Source of the DNA: an uncultured Candidatus Saccharibacteria bacterium
Lineage (GTDB): Bacteria > Patescibacteriota > Minisyncoccia > Phycocordibacterales > DATGWK01
Direction of reading: 5' to 3'
NCBI GenBank assembly: GCA_964492195.1
Contig: CAZBJL010000005.1
Span: forward strand, 1-58,201
Length of the DNA stretch: 58,201 nt
The position numbers were made by a program, and so were the translations under genes. Below are positions 1 through 9,165 of this stretch, one piece after another. Below the pieces are notes generated by a model. That model saw only the letters and a program-made list of their open reading frames with translations. It made no database searches and had not been told where the DNA came from. How positions within the stretch are numbered: position 1 is the first letter of the stretch; every line of letters begins with the position of its first letter.

Positions 1-102
1 GGCCACAATGCGTATACGGCTGATTTTACCTATGAAATCAGTGGAATTGGCCAGCCGTTAGTGCGAAATTTCGTCATTAGAACTACTCCTTTGAAGCCTT
101 AA
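1..102 (+). CDS. 3' end of an unidentified CDS (partial, enters from the left edge)
   Basis: Open frame from base 1 to TAA at 100-102 (33 codons). No recognisable motif. Confidence 0.2.
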   Translation, partial: GHNAYTADFTYEISGIGQPLVRNFVIRTTPLKP

Positions 103-211
103 ATCCCCGCCGGAAACCCCTTCCACAGTTTACAAATCTGTGCTATGATGTGGACGAATCAGTTCTTTGTAATCTGTTTGATGGAACGACAACTCTCACA
201 TGGAGGTCTCT

Positions 212-559
212 ATGCTTGTGCTCTCTCGCCAGCGTGACGAAGTAATTAAGATCGGAGACGAGATCGAAATCACGGTCGTTGATATCCGTGGCGACAAAGT
301 TCGCCTCGGTATCACTGCCCCGACTCGCGTCTCAGTGCATCGCAAAGAAGTCTACGAGGCTATCAAAGCCGAGAATCAGCGGAATGCCGAGAACATGAAT
401 GCTCCCATTCCTCCGACGCGTGGACCCTGCCCGACAACCACAGGTACGCCTCCGATGGGCCCACCGCGCATACGCCAGGGTGGCAAACGATTCGACGCCT
501 CCCTACCTTCTCCGCAGAAACACGGCAGCTCCGAACACCAGGCAAAACTTGCGGGGTAA
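212..559 (+). CDS. csrA: CsrA-like carbon storage regulator with a long Pro-rich C-terminal extension
   Basis: N-terminal ~60 aa [51 protein letters not shown] matches the CsrA/RsmA fold signature. GGAGG lies upstream. The ORF could also start at 200. Confidence 0.75.
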   Translation: MLVLSRQRDEVIKIGDEIEITVVDIRGDKVRLGITAPTRVSVHRKEVYEAIKAENQRNAENMNAPIPPTRGPCPTTTGTPPMGPPRIRQGGKRFDASLPSPQKHGSSEHQAKLAG

Positions 560-597
560 CACTCATGAAGGAAATCCATCTACAGGTTCAGTTTTCA

Positions 598-632
598 CAC
601 TCCGACAGTCTACACTTTCGGAGTTTTTTATT
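598..632 (+). terminator. Intrinsic terminator after csrA
   Basis: CTCCG...CGGAG hairpin followed by TTTTTTATTT. Confidence 0.5.
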
Positions 633-704
633 TGAACAAAAAAATAAAGAAGGTTAAAAATTTAGTGAGTCGATTACTAGAATCTCGGTCTTTTTTGCTG
701 TACT

Positions 705-2156
705 ATGATTGCTTATATGAAATTATTTTTGAAAAGAAAACGTGTTGTTTTTAGCATTATTGGCGCTGTAATACTTATTGGTATTGGTGCATTTGTGTTC
801 AGTAAAAGTGGCGACAACACAGAAGGAACTGTAGTGGTCAGCCATGGAGATTTTGTAAAGGAAGTCTCTGTTTCCGGCAAAGTTGTCGCATCAGAAAATG
901 TCGATCTTTCTTTTTCGGAAACCGGTCGCGTCACGAGCATCCCCGTCAAAGTTGGTGACCAAGTCACCGTTGGCCAGACATTGGCACAGCTCAACATCGG
1001 TACTCTTTTGTCTGACCTCCAGTCTGCGCGCGCAAACCTTGCACAAAAACGTGCGGAAACCCAGAACACCCAGGTCAACTTAAGCGAAGTCCAAAAAGAA
1101 CAAGACACATTGGTTGCAAACGCGCACAGAAAATTACTTTCAAATGATTTGGTTGCGATTCCAGAATCAACAGACACTACAGCCGAAGCTCCTCTCATTA
1201 CAGGTCTCTACAATGGTGTAGAAGGAAAATACAAAATTACAGTACGACAAAATCCATCGTCAGGTAGAAATAACTATCAAATATGGGTTTTTAACCTTGA
1301 AACAAACGGTGGAGTAAAAATTTTGGACACAGAACCAACACCACTTGGCACAAAAGGTTTGTTTGTTTCCTTCCCTGAAAGCACTGATTCTTACAGAGAC
1401 TCTACGTGGTACGTCACCATTCCTAACACAAAAAGTTCAACGTATCTTTCTGTATACCAAGCCTACCAAGAAGCTCTCCGAACTCGCGACCGAGAAATCT
1501 CAAACGCTGGCGCAGAATTAGCTCAAAATAATTCTGGTATTACTGTTTCCCAGGCGGAAGTTCAAAGCGCAGAAGCTGAAGTTTCAAGAGTTCTCGCTCA
1601 AATTGCTGAAAGAACGATCACTGCTCCATTTTCTGGAATCATCACCAGCGTAGATGCAAAAGTTGGCGGTATTGCCTCTGCAAATGAAGCCGCACTTTCA
1701 ATGATCAGCGCTGACAATCTTCAGATCGAGAGTTTCGTTCCCGAAATCCACGTTCAGTTTGTCAAAATTGGTGATTTAGCAGATGTAACACTCGATGCGT
1801 ACGGTCCTGAAGTTCCCTTCAAGGCAAAAGTTGTTTCCCTCGACCCCGCAGAAACTATTCGCGATGGAGTTTCAACATATCGCGCAAAACTTGAATTTAC
1901 TGAAAAAGATGAACGCGTACGATCCGGCATGACCGCAAACGTCATCATCACAAGCGAAAAGAAATCAAACGTCATCGTTATTCCACAAGGCGCAGTCACA
2001 AGTCACGATGGTCAAAAATTTGTCTTCGTTAAAAAGGGCGAACAAAAAGTTGAACAAGCAGTAACGACTGGAAGCATTTCATCCTTTGGAGAAATTGAAA
2101 TTGTTTCTGGTTTGAATGACGGAGACATCGTTATCGTTTCCGACGAAACTAAGTAA
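705..2156 (+). CDS. HlyD/MacA-type periplasmic adaptor (membrane fusion protein)
   Basis: N-terminal TM segment, coiled-coil middle and beta-barrel C-terminus typical of efflux adaptors. It sits first in an operon with an FtsX permease and an ABC ATPase. The start may be ATG 717. Confidence 0.8.
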   Translation: MIAYMKLFLKRKRVVFSIIGAVILIGIGAFVFSKSGDNTEGTVVVSHGDFVKEVSVSGKVVASENVDLSFSETGRVTSIPVKVGDQVTVGQTLAQLNIGTLLSDLQSARANLAQKRAETQNTQVNLSEVQKEQDTLVANAHRKLLSNDLVAIPESTDTTAEAPLITGLYNGVEGKYKITVRQNPSSGRNNYQIWVFNLETNGGVKILDTEPTPLGTKGLFVSFPESTDSYRDSTWYVTIPNTKSSTYLSVYQAYQEALRTRDREISNAGAELAQNNSGITVSQAEVQSAEAEVSRVLAQIAERTITAPFSGIITSVDAKVGGIASANEAALSMISADNLQIESFVPEIHVQFVKIGDLADVTLDAYGPEVPFKAKVVSLDPAETIRDGVSTYRAKLEFTEKDERVRSGMTANVIITSEKKSNVIVIPQGAVTSHDGQKFVFVKKGEQKVEQAVTTGSISSFGEIEIVSGLNDGDIVIVSDETK

Positions 2157-2161
2157 TACAT

Positions 2162-3421
2162 ATGTTTTCTCAAATCGGTCTCAACACACGAATTGGTCTC
2201 TACCTGGCCATCCGTCAGATCAGACGTTCAAGCCTCTGGACAACGGGCCTCATTGTATTCGTCATGGTTCTCACCTTCCTCAACCTTGTTGTGGTTTCAG
2301 GAATTCTTGTTGGTCTCATCCAAGGTTCAGTCGAAGCAGCACGAACAAAATATACGAGCGACATCATCATTTCTACCCTTTCCGACAAAAAGTATATTGA
2401 AAATAGTCCAAACATTATCGGACTCCTCCACACATTGCCGCAAGTAGAAAAAATTAGTCATCGTTTCCAAGAAGGCGCGAACCTCGAAGCAAATTACAAA
2501 ACGAGAAAAGATACCGACAAACCAAACATCACAGGCACACAAATTGTCGGTATTGACCCTGGACTTGAGGACGCAGTCACAGGACTTTCGGATTCTGTTG
2601 CACTCGGCTCCTATTTAGTTCCTGGCGACTACGACCAAGTCCTCGTCGGGCAATATTTGCTCAAACAATTCGTTCCAATCGACTCACCAGGCTTTGCAGC
2701 ACTTGAAAACGTAAACGTCGGTACAAAGATCAGAATCATTATTGGCGATGTTACGCGAGAAGTAACTGTCAAAGGAATTCTCAAAAGTAAAGTCGATGAA
2801 ATTACACGAAACGTCTACATGACGGACTCACAGCTTAAAAATCTCATTGGCCGTGCTGATGGCAATGTCGACCAAATCGTCGTGAAGCTCAAAGATGGCG
2901 TCGATCCCCTTGTTGTCCGCGAAATCTTGAAACAACGCGGTGTCGACGAATTTGCAAAGGTCCAAACGTACGCCGATGCTCAACCGCAATTTTTGAAAGA
3001 CATCATTGCGACCTTCAGCATGCTTGGTAATTTCTTCAGTTCAATCGGCTTAGTGGTTTCTTCAATCACTATTTTCATTGTGATTTTCATCAATGCGATT
3101 ACTCGTCGAAAGTTTATTGGAATTTTAAAAGGTATTGGCATTAACGGCCAAGCAATCGAAATCTCTTACATTTTTCAATCAATTTTTTACGCGACGTGCG
3201 GCTCAATCATTGGTCTCACCTTGCTGTATGGTTTCCTTTCACCGTTTATCGCAGCTCATCCGATAGACTTCCCATTTTCTGACGGCATCTTGGTTGCTCC
3301 ACTTGGTGGAACAATGTTTAGAGTTGGTTTGCTCATTCTTTCAACAGTTATCGCCGGATACGTTCCTGCTCGCATGATCGTTCGTAAAAACACCCTTGAT
3401 TCAATCTTAGGCAGAAAATAA
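2162..3421 (+). CDS. ABC transporter permease, FtsX/MacB family
   Basis: N-terminal TM segment, large extracytoplasmic domain and C-terminal FtsX-like TM bundle. It is adjacent to the ATPase. Confidence 0.85.
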   Translation: MFSQIGLNTRIGLYLAIRQIRRSSLWTTGLIVFVMVLTFLNLVVVSGILVGLIQGSVEAARTKYTSDIIISTLSDKKYIENSPNIIGLLHTLPQVEKISHRFQEGANLEANYKTRKDTDKPNITGTQIVGIDPGLEDAVTGLSDSVALGSYLVPGDYDQVLVGQYLLKQFVPIDSPGFAALENVNVGTKIRIIIGDVTREVTVKGILKSKVDEITRNVYMTDSQLKNLIGRADGNVDQIVVKLKDGVDPLVVREILKQRGVDEFAKVQTYADAQPQFLKDIIATFSMLGNFFSSIGLVVSSITIFIVIFINAITRRKFIGILKGIGINGQAIEISYIFQSIFYATCGSIIGLTLLYGFLSPFIAAHPIDFPFSDGILVAPLGGTMFRVGLLILSTVIAGYVPARMIVRKNTLDSILGRK

Positions 3422-3422
3422 C

Positions 3423-4091
3423 ATGATTACTACAAAAAATTTAGTGAGATCGTTTAAAGACGGCGCGAGAGAAACTCGAGTCTTAAAAGGAGTTGATTTC
3501 GTTGCCCAAGAAGGCGAATTCATTGCCATCATGGGTCGCTCTGGAGCGGGAAAAAGCACTTTCCTCTATCAAATTGGTCTTCTCGATGACCCAACAAGTG
3601 GTGAAATTGTGATTGATGGACAAAATACTCACGCAATGAGCGTTGCAGAACGTACCAATTTCCGCCTACAGAAATTCGGCTTTGTATTCCAGGATTACGC
3701 TCTCCTTCCAGAAATGTCGGCACTTGAAAATGTTGCTCTCCCCCTCCTCATGCAAAACATGAATAAAAAAGAAGCCTACAAAAAATCCGCCGAGGCACTC
3801 ACGAAAGTCCGACTCGGTGATCGTTTGAATAATCTTCCAAGCCAACTTTCTGGAGGAGAACAACAGCGTGTTTCTATTGCTCGTGCAGTCGCCCATGAAC
3901 CCAAAATTCTCTTTGCTGATGAACCAACAGCAAACCTCGACAACGAATCTTCTCGAACTGTCATGGCGATCTTCCAAGAACTTCACAAAAATGGTCAGAC
4001 TATCATTATGGTTACCCACGAAGAAGAATTCGCTCGTTTAGCTGAAAAGATTGTCCGTATGGACGATGGAAAAATCGATCCTGCACACTAG
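3423..4091 (+). CDS. ABC transporter ATP-binding protein (MacB/LolD-like)
   Basis: Walker [10 protein letters not shown], signature [14 protein letters not shown] and Walker B ILFADEPT. Confidence 0.95.
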   Translation: MITTKNLVRSFKDGARETRVLKGVDFVAQEGEFIAIMGRSGAGKSTFLYQIGLLDDPTSGEIVIDGQNTHAMSVAERTNFRLQKFGFVFQDYALLPEMSALENVALPLLMQNMNKKEAYKKSAEALTKVRLGDRLNNLPSQLSGGEQQRVSIARAVAHEPKILFADEPTANLDNESSRTVMAIFQELHKNGQTIIMVTHEEEFARLAEKIVRMDDGKIDPAH

Positions 4092-4178
4092 TTTTTCTGC
4101 ACTGTTCTTCTTATCCCCACAGATCTCTCAAGATTCTGGGCTATAATTTGACTGTTTACTAAATAATAAATACTACCT

Positions 4179-4820
4179 ATGAAATCGATGGCTATGGGAC
4201 CTATGATATACGGATTTCCTTTAACGACACTGCTCATGCTTCTTTCAGGAGTTTTTTATCTTCTCTGCGCCTTCCTCTTGTGGAAGCCGTATCGTCGAGA
4301 AAAGAATGAACTTATCGGTGCACTCTTGGCTTTCCTCGTGTATCAGTCAATTAATATGTTTTTCATGGGACTTCAGATGTATACCATGAACATGGTGTAC
4401 TCACAGATTTCAGCATTTGCAGTATTTGTGGGTTCTGCATACATGCTTAAGTTTCCCTTTAGTTCATTTTCACGAGGAACACGCCGATTCATCTTTGCAG
4501 TTTCGCTCGTCGGTGCACTCGGCCTCTTTGTGTGGTTCATGTTGACTCCCGCACGACAAATGGGACTTATGAACTTCGTCCTCTGGTACGACATTGTCGT
4601 AAACGGCATTATCGTCGGTGGTTCAATCTTTATTTTCGGTTTGATGGCGAAAGAAAAAAGACAGCGCCTCAAAACTATCGGTGGTGGAACTGGTGTTGCA
4701 ACTTGCTGCGTTGTTTCAAATGCCGCAATGCTCGGAGGTGCACTCCTTACAAGTACACTTCTTTCTTTTGCAGCTCCCGTCATTATCCTTGGAACCCTTG
4801 CAGTTTCCCGTAAAAACTAA
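4179..4820 (+). CDS. Polytopic membrane protein, function unknown
   Basis: About six hydrophobic segments. TATAAT lies about 30 nt upstream. It sits immediately upstream of the histidine kinase. Confidence 0.6.
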   Translation: MKSMAMGPMIYGFPLTTLLMLLSGVFYLLCAFLLWKPYRREKNELIGALLAFLVYQSINMFFMGLQMYTMNMVYSQISAFAVFVGSAYMLKFPFSSFSRGTRRFIFAVSLVGALGLFVWFMLTPARQMGLMNFVLWYDIVVNGIIVGGSIFIFGLMAKEKRQRLKTIGGGTGVATCCVVSNAAMLGGALLTSTLLSFAAPVIILGTLAVSRKN

Positions 4821-4831
4821 CAACCCTCACT

Positions 4832-5773
4832 ATGAGTGAAATTGGAGAAAAGATTACCTACAACATAATTGGAGGAATATGCGGTGTGGCTTTTGGGCTC
4901 ATCATTAAATCTTTTAATTTCTCCCTTCTTCAAACAACAGACACCGTTCTTCTTCTCATCATCACTGGCCTCTTCGGCATACTCTTTTTTGAAAATCTTC
5001 TTGAATATAAGAAAGCTCAAGAGTTTGTAGTTATCAAAAAGATTCGAGACGAAACTGTCGCACTCATTACGCATGAAATGCGAACAGGTCTTACCTCAAC
5101 AAGTTGGGCTATTCAAGTAATCCTCGAGAGTTATCAGAACGCCTTGAGCCCGGAACATCGGGAAATGCTTCAAAACGTCACGAAGTCTATCAACACGACG
5201 GTCATGCATTCGGTAAACCTGCTCGACATTAGTCTTCTTGATGTAGGCAAACTCACCCTTTCGCTTCAGTGGGTAACGCTTGGAGAATTAGAAAAAGGAT
5301 TCAAAGAAATTCTTCACAAATACGAGCTCGGTACCTCTCAAGCCGGCATTACCCTCACTTCGAAAGTTGTGCTGGATCCTAAGTTTCGAGTGCAGGCAGA
5401 TTTACTTCGTTTACGCATTACACTAGAAAACTTACTCGAAAATGCAATTCAGTACACTCTCCGCCCAGAGAAAAAGATCAACGTCGACATTCACAACAAT
5501 TCTTCTACCCTTTTCATCACCGTAAGTGACACAGGAATAGGAATTCCACCAGAAGAAAAACACAAAATCTTTTCTGAATTTTTCCGAGCAAGCAATGCGC
5601 GAATGGCGTTGAGTCACGGAAGCGGCATTGGTCTCCACATGTGCGAAGAATACATCCGAGCTCATCACGGCACGATTCGGTTTGAATCAAAAGTAAACGA
5701 AGGCACCACGTTCTACATCACCCTTCCACTCCGCACAGTTGCAGACGTGAACGAATTTCTCACGAAGATTTAA
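4832..5773 (+). CDS. Sensor histidine kinase (HisKA + HATPase_c)
   Basis: Two N-terminal TM segments, H-box THEMRTGLTS, N-box LENAIQYT, and G-boxes DTGIGI and GSGIGL. Confidence 0.9.
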   Translation: MSEIGEKITYNIIGGICGVAFGLIIKSFNFSLLQTTDTVLLLIITGLFGILFFENLLEYKKAQEFVVIKKIRDETVALITHEMRTGLTSTSWAIQVILESYQNALSPEHREMLQNVTKSINTTVMHSVNLLDISLLDVGKLTLSLQWVTLGELEKGFKEILHKYELGTSQAGITLTSKVVLDPKFRVQADLLRLRITLENLLENAIQYTLRPEKKINVDIHNNSSTLFITVSDTGIGIPPEEKHKIFSEFFRASNARMALSHGSGIGLHMCEEYIRAHHGTIRFESKVNEGTTFYITLPLRTVADVNEFLTKI

Positions 5774-5790
5774 TTCATTCTTAAACAACA

Positions 5791-5818
5791 AAAAACCAGG
5801 GCACATGCCCTGGTTTTT
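5791..5818. terminator. Bidirectional intrinsic terminator
   Basis: AAAAA-CCAGGGC-acat-GCCCTGG-TTTTT, lying between convergent genes. Confidence 0.7.
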
Positions 5819-5837
5819 CTTCGCACATTTTTACAGC

Positions 5838-6086
5838 CTATTTTCGAACCATCTTCATGATCCAGATAAGGACCACCGCACCTAAAAGAGCGACAAGGAA
5901 ACTTGAGATGTTAAAACCTTGAACTCCACTGCCGCCAAAGAAACTCATGAGCCAGCCACCAATGACTGCGCCAACGATACCAACAATGACATTAACAATG
6001 ATTCCTTGTTGAGCATCAGTTCCCATGATGAGGGAAGCTACCCAGCCCACCAATCCTCCAAATATAATCCAAATGATGATACCCAT
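5838..6086 (-). CDS. GlsB/YeaQ/YmgE family (transglycosylase-associated) small membrane protein
   Basis: MGIIIWIIFGGLVGWVASLIMG... Gly-rich TM repeats typical of the family. Confidence 0.8.
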   Translation of the reverse strand: MGIIIWIIFGGLVGWVASLIMGTDAQQGIIVNVIVGIVGAVIGGWLMSFFGGSGVQGFNISSFLVALLGAVVLIWIMKMVRK

Positions 6087-6242
6087 ATATGTTTAACTAA
6101 TGATAACAATATAAGTATATACCTAAATAAAGCCCCATTTTGATCAGAACACACTCTGTTGACTTTCCCCTCCACAGGCGTACGCTGTGAGGTAGAAATG
6201 GGCTAACAATCGACACACCTGATATGTAAACAAAGGAGGGGT

Positions 6243-6572
6243 ATGTTTAATTTGTTTAGGCGAAATGGGGTGAGGACCAAGAAGAATATCAAAATGGGTC
6301 CCGCCAATGTTATGCAACTGTTTTCTGGACTGTACGGTTCCGCAACGCGGCAAGTTCCAATCGTGTTTACTCTCGATTCCCCGATCAACATCAGCGGTTC
6401 CTCAATCTCTGAAGTAGCAATTACGCTGGTCGGTATCGAACGATCTGATCCTGGCGGAAACAAATTCGCCTTCGAAGGAAAGTTTGGGCAGGGCGATTCC
6501 TACAGAGAGGTAAACGGTGAATACAGCTTTGTAACAACCTCGGGCTGGATAGAGTTCGTAAAGGATGCATAA
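6243..6572 (+). CDS. Hypothetical protein (orphan with a strong SD)
   Basis: AAGGAGG lies 4 nt upstream of the ATG. TTGACT-16-TACGCT lies upstream and a terminator downstream. No recognisable domain. Confidence 0.55.
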   Translation: MFNLFRRNGVRTKKNIKMGPANVMQLFSGLYGSATRQVPIVFTLDSPINISGSSISEVAITLVGIERSDPGGNKFAFEGKFGQGDSYREVNGEYSFVTTSGWIEFVKDA

Positions 6573-6582
6573 CCACACTGAA

Positions 6583-6607
6583 CCCCACACATTCGTGGGG
6601 TTTTTTT
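6583..6607 (+). terminator. Intrinsic terminator
   Basis: CCCCAC-acattc-GTGGGG followed by T7. Confidence 0.8.
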
Positions 6608-6646
6608 ATAGCAAAAAAAATTTCGCATGATATAATTCCAGACACT

Positions 6647-7528
6647 ATGGGTTTCAACTCAAAAATGAATGAACGGCTCCTCATCATCTTCTCTGTCATT
6701 CTTTTGGTTTTTATCGGTTTTGGTGGCTACAAATATTACGTATTAGGAAAAACGTATACCCAAAATAAAACTGCGAACGAGGTCGCGATTGCAGATCTTA
6801 CCTCTCGTCTCCAAGGTATCGAGCTTGAAAGGACAAGTTTGAGTGATGCGCTGACCGCAGAGCAAAGCAAAAACAGAGACTTTGAAGATCAGTTGGAAGA
6901 ACTTTCCGGCACTGTTGGTACGCTCACAAAATTAAGTAAAACTGACCCTGAACTTCTCAAAAAATATTCCAAAGTTTATTTCCTCAATGAAAATTACCTG
7001 CCTTCAAAATTAAGCGACATTCCTTCAGAAAGTTTATTTGATATACAAAAACCCCAAAAGTTTCAATCTGAAGCTCTTCCTTTTCTCAAACGACTTCTCA
7101 ACGAAGCAAAAAATGACGATGTTACTTTAAAAGTTCTTTCAGCGTATCGTTCCTTCGATACACAAGCGACTCTCAAAACGGGATACAAATTTATTTACGG
7201 CGCTGGAACTGCAAATCAATTTTCTGCTGACCAAGGATATTCAGAACATCAGCTCGGTACTGCGATCGACTTTACAAATCCAACTGTTGGCAGCACGCTC
7301 GATAATTTTGAAAAAACTCCTGAATACACGTGGCTTGTCAACAATGCGTACAAATTTGGTTTCATTCTTTCGTACCCAAGCGGAAATCAATATTACCAAT
7401 ACGAACCATGGCACTGGCGTTTCGTTGGTGTTGATCTTGCAGAAAAACTTCACGATCAAAATAAAAAATTCTACGATCTCGACCAAAATAACATCGACTC
7501 TTTCCTCATCAAAATTTTCGACAGATAG
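6647..7528 (+). CDS. VanY/M15B-family D-alanyl-D-alanine carboxypeptidase, membrane anchored
   Basis: N-terminal TM segment. SEHQLGTAIDF and EPWHWRFVG zinc-ligand motifs of peptidase M15. TATAAT lies 10 nt upstream of the ATG. Confidence 0.85.
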   Translation: MGFNSKMNERLLIIFSVILLVFIGFGGYKYYVLGKTYTQNKTANEVAIADLTSRLQGIELERTSLSDALTAEQSKNRDFEDQLEELSGTVGTLTKLSKTDPELLKKYSKVYFLNENYLPSKLSDIPSESLFDIQKPQKFQSEALPFLKRLLNEAKNDDVTLKVLSAYRSFDTQATLKTGYKFIYGAGTANQFSADQGYSEHQLGTAIDFTNPTVGSTLDNFEKTPEYTWLVNNAYKFGFILSYPSGNQYYQYEPWHWRFVGVDLAEKLHDQNKKFYDLDQNNIDSFLIKIFDR

Positions 7529-7610
7529 GTTTCTTCTGTCTTGTTGAAGCGTGTTACAATCTCCTCCAGAAAAGTTCTTCGCACACTAACCTCTTAGAGA
7601 AAGGTCGCAG

Positions 7611-8474
7611 ATGTTTCAAAACAACGGACTGAATCGCGGCGACCTCAACATGAAGGTCGTCATCGGAATCGGTGTAATTCATCTTTTGGCGCTCGGCGCT
7701 CCGTGGTGTTTTACCTGGAGTGGGTTCGCGTGGTTTATGTTCTTGTACTGGCTTTCAGGCTGGATCGGGATCACCCTTTGTTATCATCGGCTTCTCACGC
7801 ACAGCAGTTTCAAAACACCTCTCTGGTTTGAGCACATCCTTACAACGATCGGCACCATCAGTCTTCAGGGCGGACCGATCGACTGGGTTGGACTTCATCG
7901 GATACATCATGCGTATTCCGACAAACCTGGCGACCCGCATTCACCACACGTGAATGACTTTTCCTGGGCGCATGTGCTGTGGGTATTCTTCCGACGAGCA
8001 GAAGGCGTTGATCCGAGGTCTGTTACGTTAGACCTTCAGAAAGACCCGTTTATGGAAACCATTGATCGTTTCCACTGGGTGCCACCACTCACTGTAGGAA
8101 TTGTGCTTTTTGGGACGGGGTTCATTGTTGGAGGCCTCTACACTGCGCTTTCATGGCTCGTATGGGGCGTTGGGGTGCGTACGGTGGCGGTCTACCACAC
8201 AACCTGGTTTGTGAACTCTGCCGCACATACGTGGGGCTACCGGAGCTACAACACATCCGACGGGTCGAGAAACAATTGGTGGGTCGGGCTACTGGGTGGC
8301 GGTGAGGGCTGGCATAACAACCATCACGCCGACCAAACTGCAGCCGCACATGGCTGGCGTTGGTGGGAAATTGATCCGACGTATTGGACGATCCGACTCT
8401 TGGGTCTTGTCGGGTTAGCCTGGAAAATCAAAAAGCCGAATTCCGCTGCACTTCTTTCTAAAAAAGTAGTGTGA
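7611..8474 (+). CDS. Membrane fatty-acid (acyl-lipid/acyl-CoA delta-9 type) desaturase
   Basis: Three histidine boxes: HRLLTH, HRIHHAYSD and HNNHHA. TM pairs are present. Confidence 0.85.
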   Translation: MFQNNGLNRGDLNMKVVIGIGVIHLLALGAPWCFTWSGFAWFMFLYWLSGWIGITLCYHRLLTHSSFKTPLWFEHILTTIGTISLQGGPIDWVGLHRIHHAYSDKPGDPHSPHVNDFSWAHVLWVFFRRAEGVDPRSVTLDLQKDPFMETIDRFHWVPPLTVGIVLFGTGFIVGGLYTALSWLVWGVGVRTVAVYHTTWFVNSAAHTWGYRSYNTSDGSRNNWWVGLLGGGEGWHNNHHADQTAAAHGWRWWEIDPTYWTIRLLGLVGLAWKIKKPNSAALLSKKVV

Positions 8475-8481
8475 TTCGCAA

Positions 8482-8508
8482 GCCTCCGACTACATCGGAG
8501 GCTTTTTT
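8482..8508 (+). terminator. Intrinsic terminator after the desaturase
   Basis: GCCTCCGA-ctaca-TCGGAGGC followed by T6. Confidence 0.85.
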
Positions 8509-8532
8509 ATATTTATATGGATATACGAATAT

Positions 8533-8558
8533 GCAAAAATACCAGCCGAAGCTGGTAT
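8533..8558 (-). terminator. Intrinsic terminator (UUCG-loop hairpin)
   Basis: Minus strand reads ATACCAGC-TTCG-GCTGGTAT followed by TTTTGC. Confidence 0.7.
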
Positions 8559-8566
8559 TTTCATTA

Positions 8567-8671
8567 TTACATTTCTTCTCCCGGAATTTCCTCTTCGTCA
8601 TCCTTTGGGATAACCACACCGTTTTCATCTTCTTCCTCTTCTACTGGCACACCCTCCATATTGTCGTCCAT
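8567..8671 (-). CDS. Candidate 34-aa highly acidic peptide
   Basis: ATG..TAA ORF MDDNMEGVPVEEEEDENGVVIPKDDEEEIPGEEM. TAATAT lies 7 nt upstream of the ATG and a terminator follows directly. It is below the ORF-track size cutoff. Confidence 0.3.
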   Translation of the reverse strand: MDDNMEGVPVEEEEDENGVVIPKDDEEEIPGEEM

Positions 8672-8790
8672 TTTTTAGATATTAGATTGATAAAGGTTTC
8701 TTATTTGACACTTTGCAAATAAAAATTCACCAACTTACACGGACAGTATACATGAGTCATATGTTTGGGCAATTAGAACTTACCAACAGG

Positions 8791-9165
8791 TTAGTTACTT
8801 TTTTCTATTTCGAGAACAGTGAGAGTGTGACGGTCAATTGTGGATGTAAAAGACACCTTCATCCCTTCTTTTTCTGCGCTTGTTTCAACGTATATGAATT
8901 GTGAATCTCGAGTTACCCTTTCTATCGTGCAGTTTCCAGAATACACAGCGTATGTATTCTCAATTGAATCCTCAGCAAGTGAAATTTTGAGACGAGCAAT
9001 GGACACACAAGAGAGCGCATTAAATTTCAACACCTCGAGAGTTTGAAATTCACTGACGTTTCTCGCCTGCACATACGCTCGACCTGCAGAAGAAATAACA
9101 AAAATGGCGGCAAGAAAACCAAAAATTGTTACAGTCATGAGTGCAATGAATCCCCTATTATTCAT
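8791..9165 (-). CDS. Pseudopilin-like small protein (last gene of the pilus operon)
   Basis: MNNRG/FIALMTVTIF... N-terminus resembles a prepilin leader plus hydrophobic helix. The ATG overlaps the upstream stop (ATGAATAA). Confidence 0.5.
   Translation of the reverse strand: MNNRGFIALMTVTIFGFLAAIFVISSAGRAYVQARNVSEFQTLEVLKFNALSCVSIARLKISLAEDSIENTYAVYSGNCTIERVTRDSQFIYVETSAEKEGMKVSFTSTIDRHTLTVLEIEKSN

Noticed and set aside
399-635. Overlapping alternative-frame ORFs (399-635 plus strand, 363-579 minus strand) in the csrA tail region.
   Set aside because: They have no start signals or recognisable motifs. They are a by-product of the G+C-rich, stop-poor sequence. They do show that the coding status of the csrA tail itself is uncertain.
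9003-9050. GAGAGCGCATTAAATTTCAA...TTTGAAATT inside the last pseudopilin gene, resembling the start of the conserved hairpin of element B.
   Set aside because: The similarity is only about 15 nt, it lies inside a coding region, and the rest of the element architecture and the 21-nt box are missing. It is probably chance.
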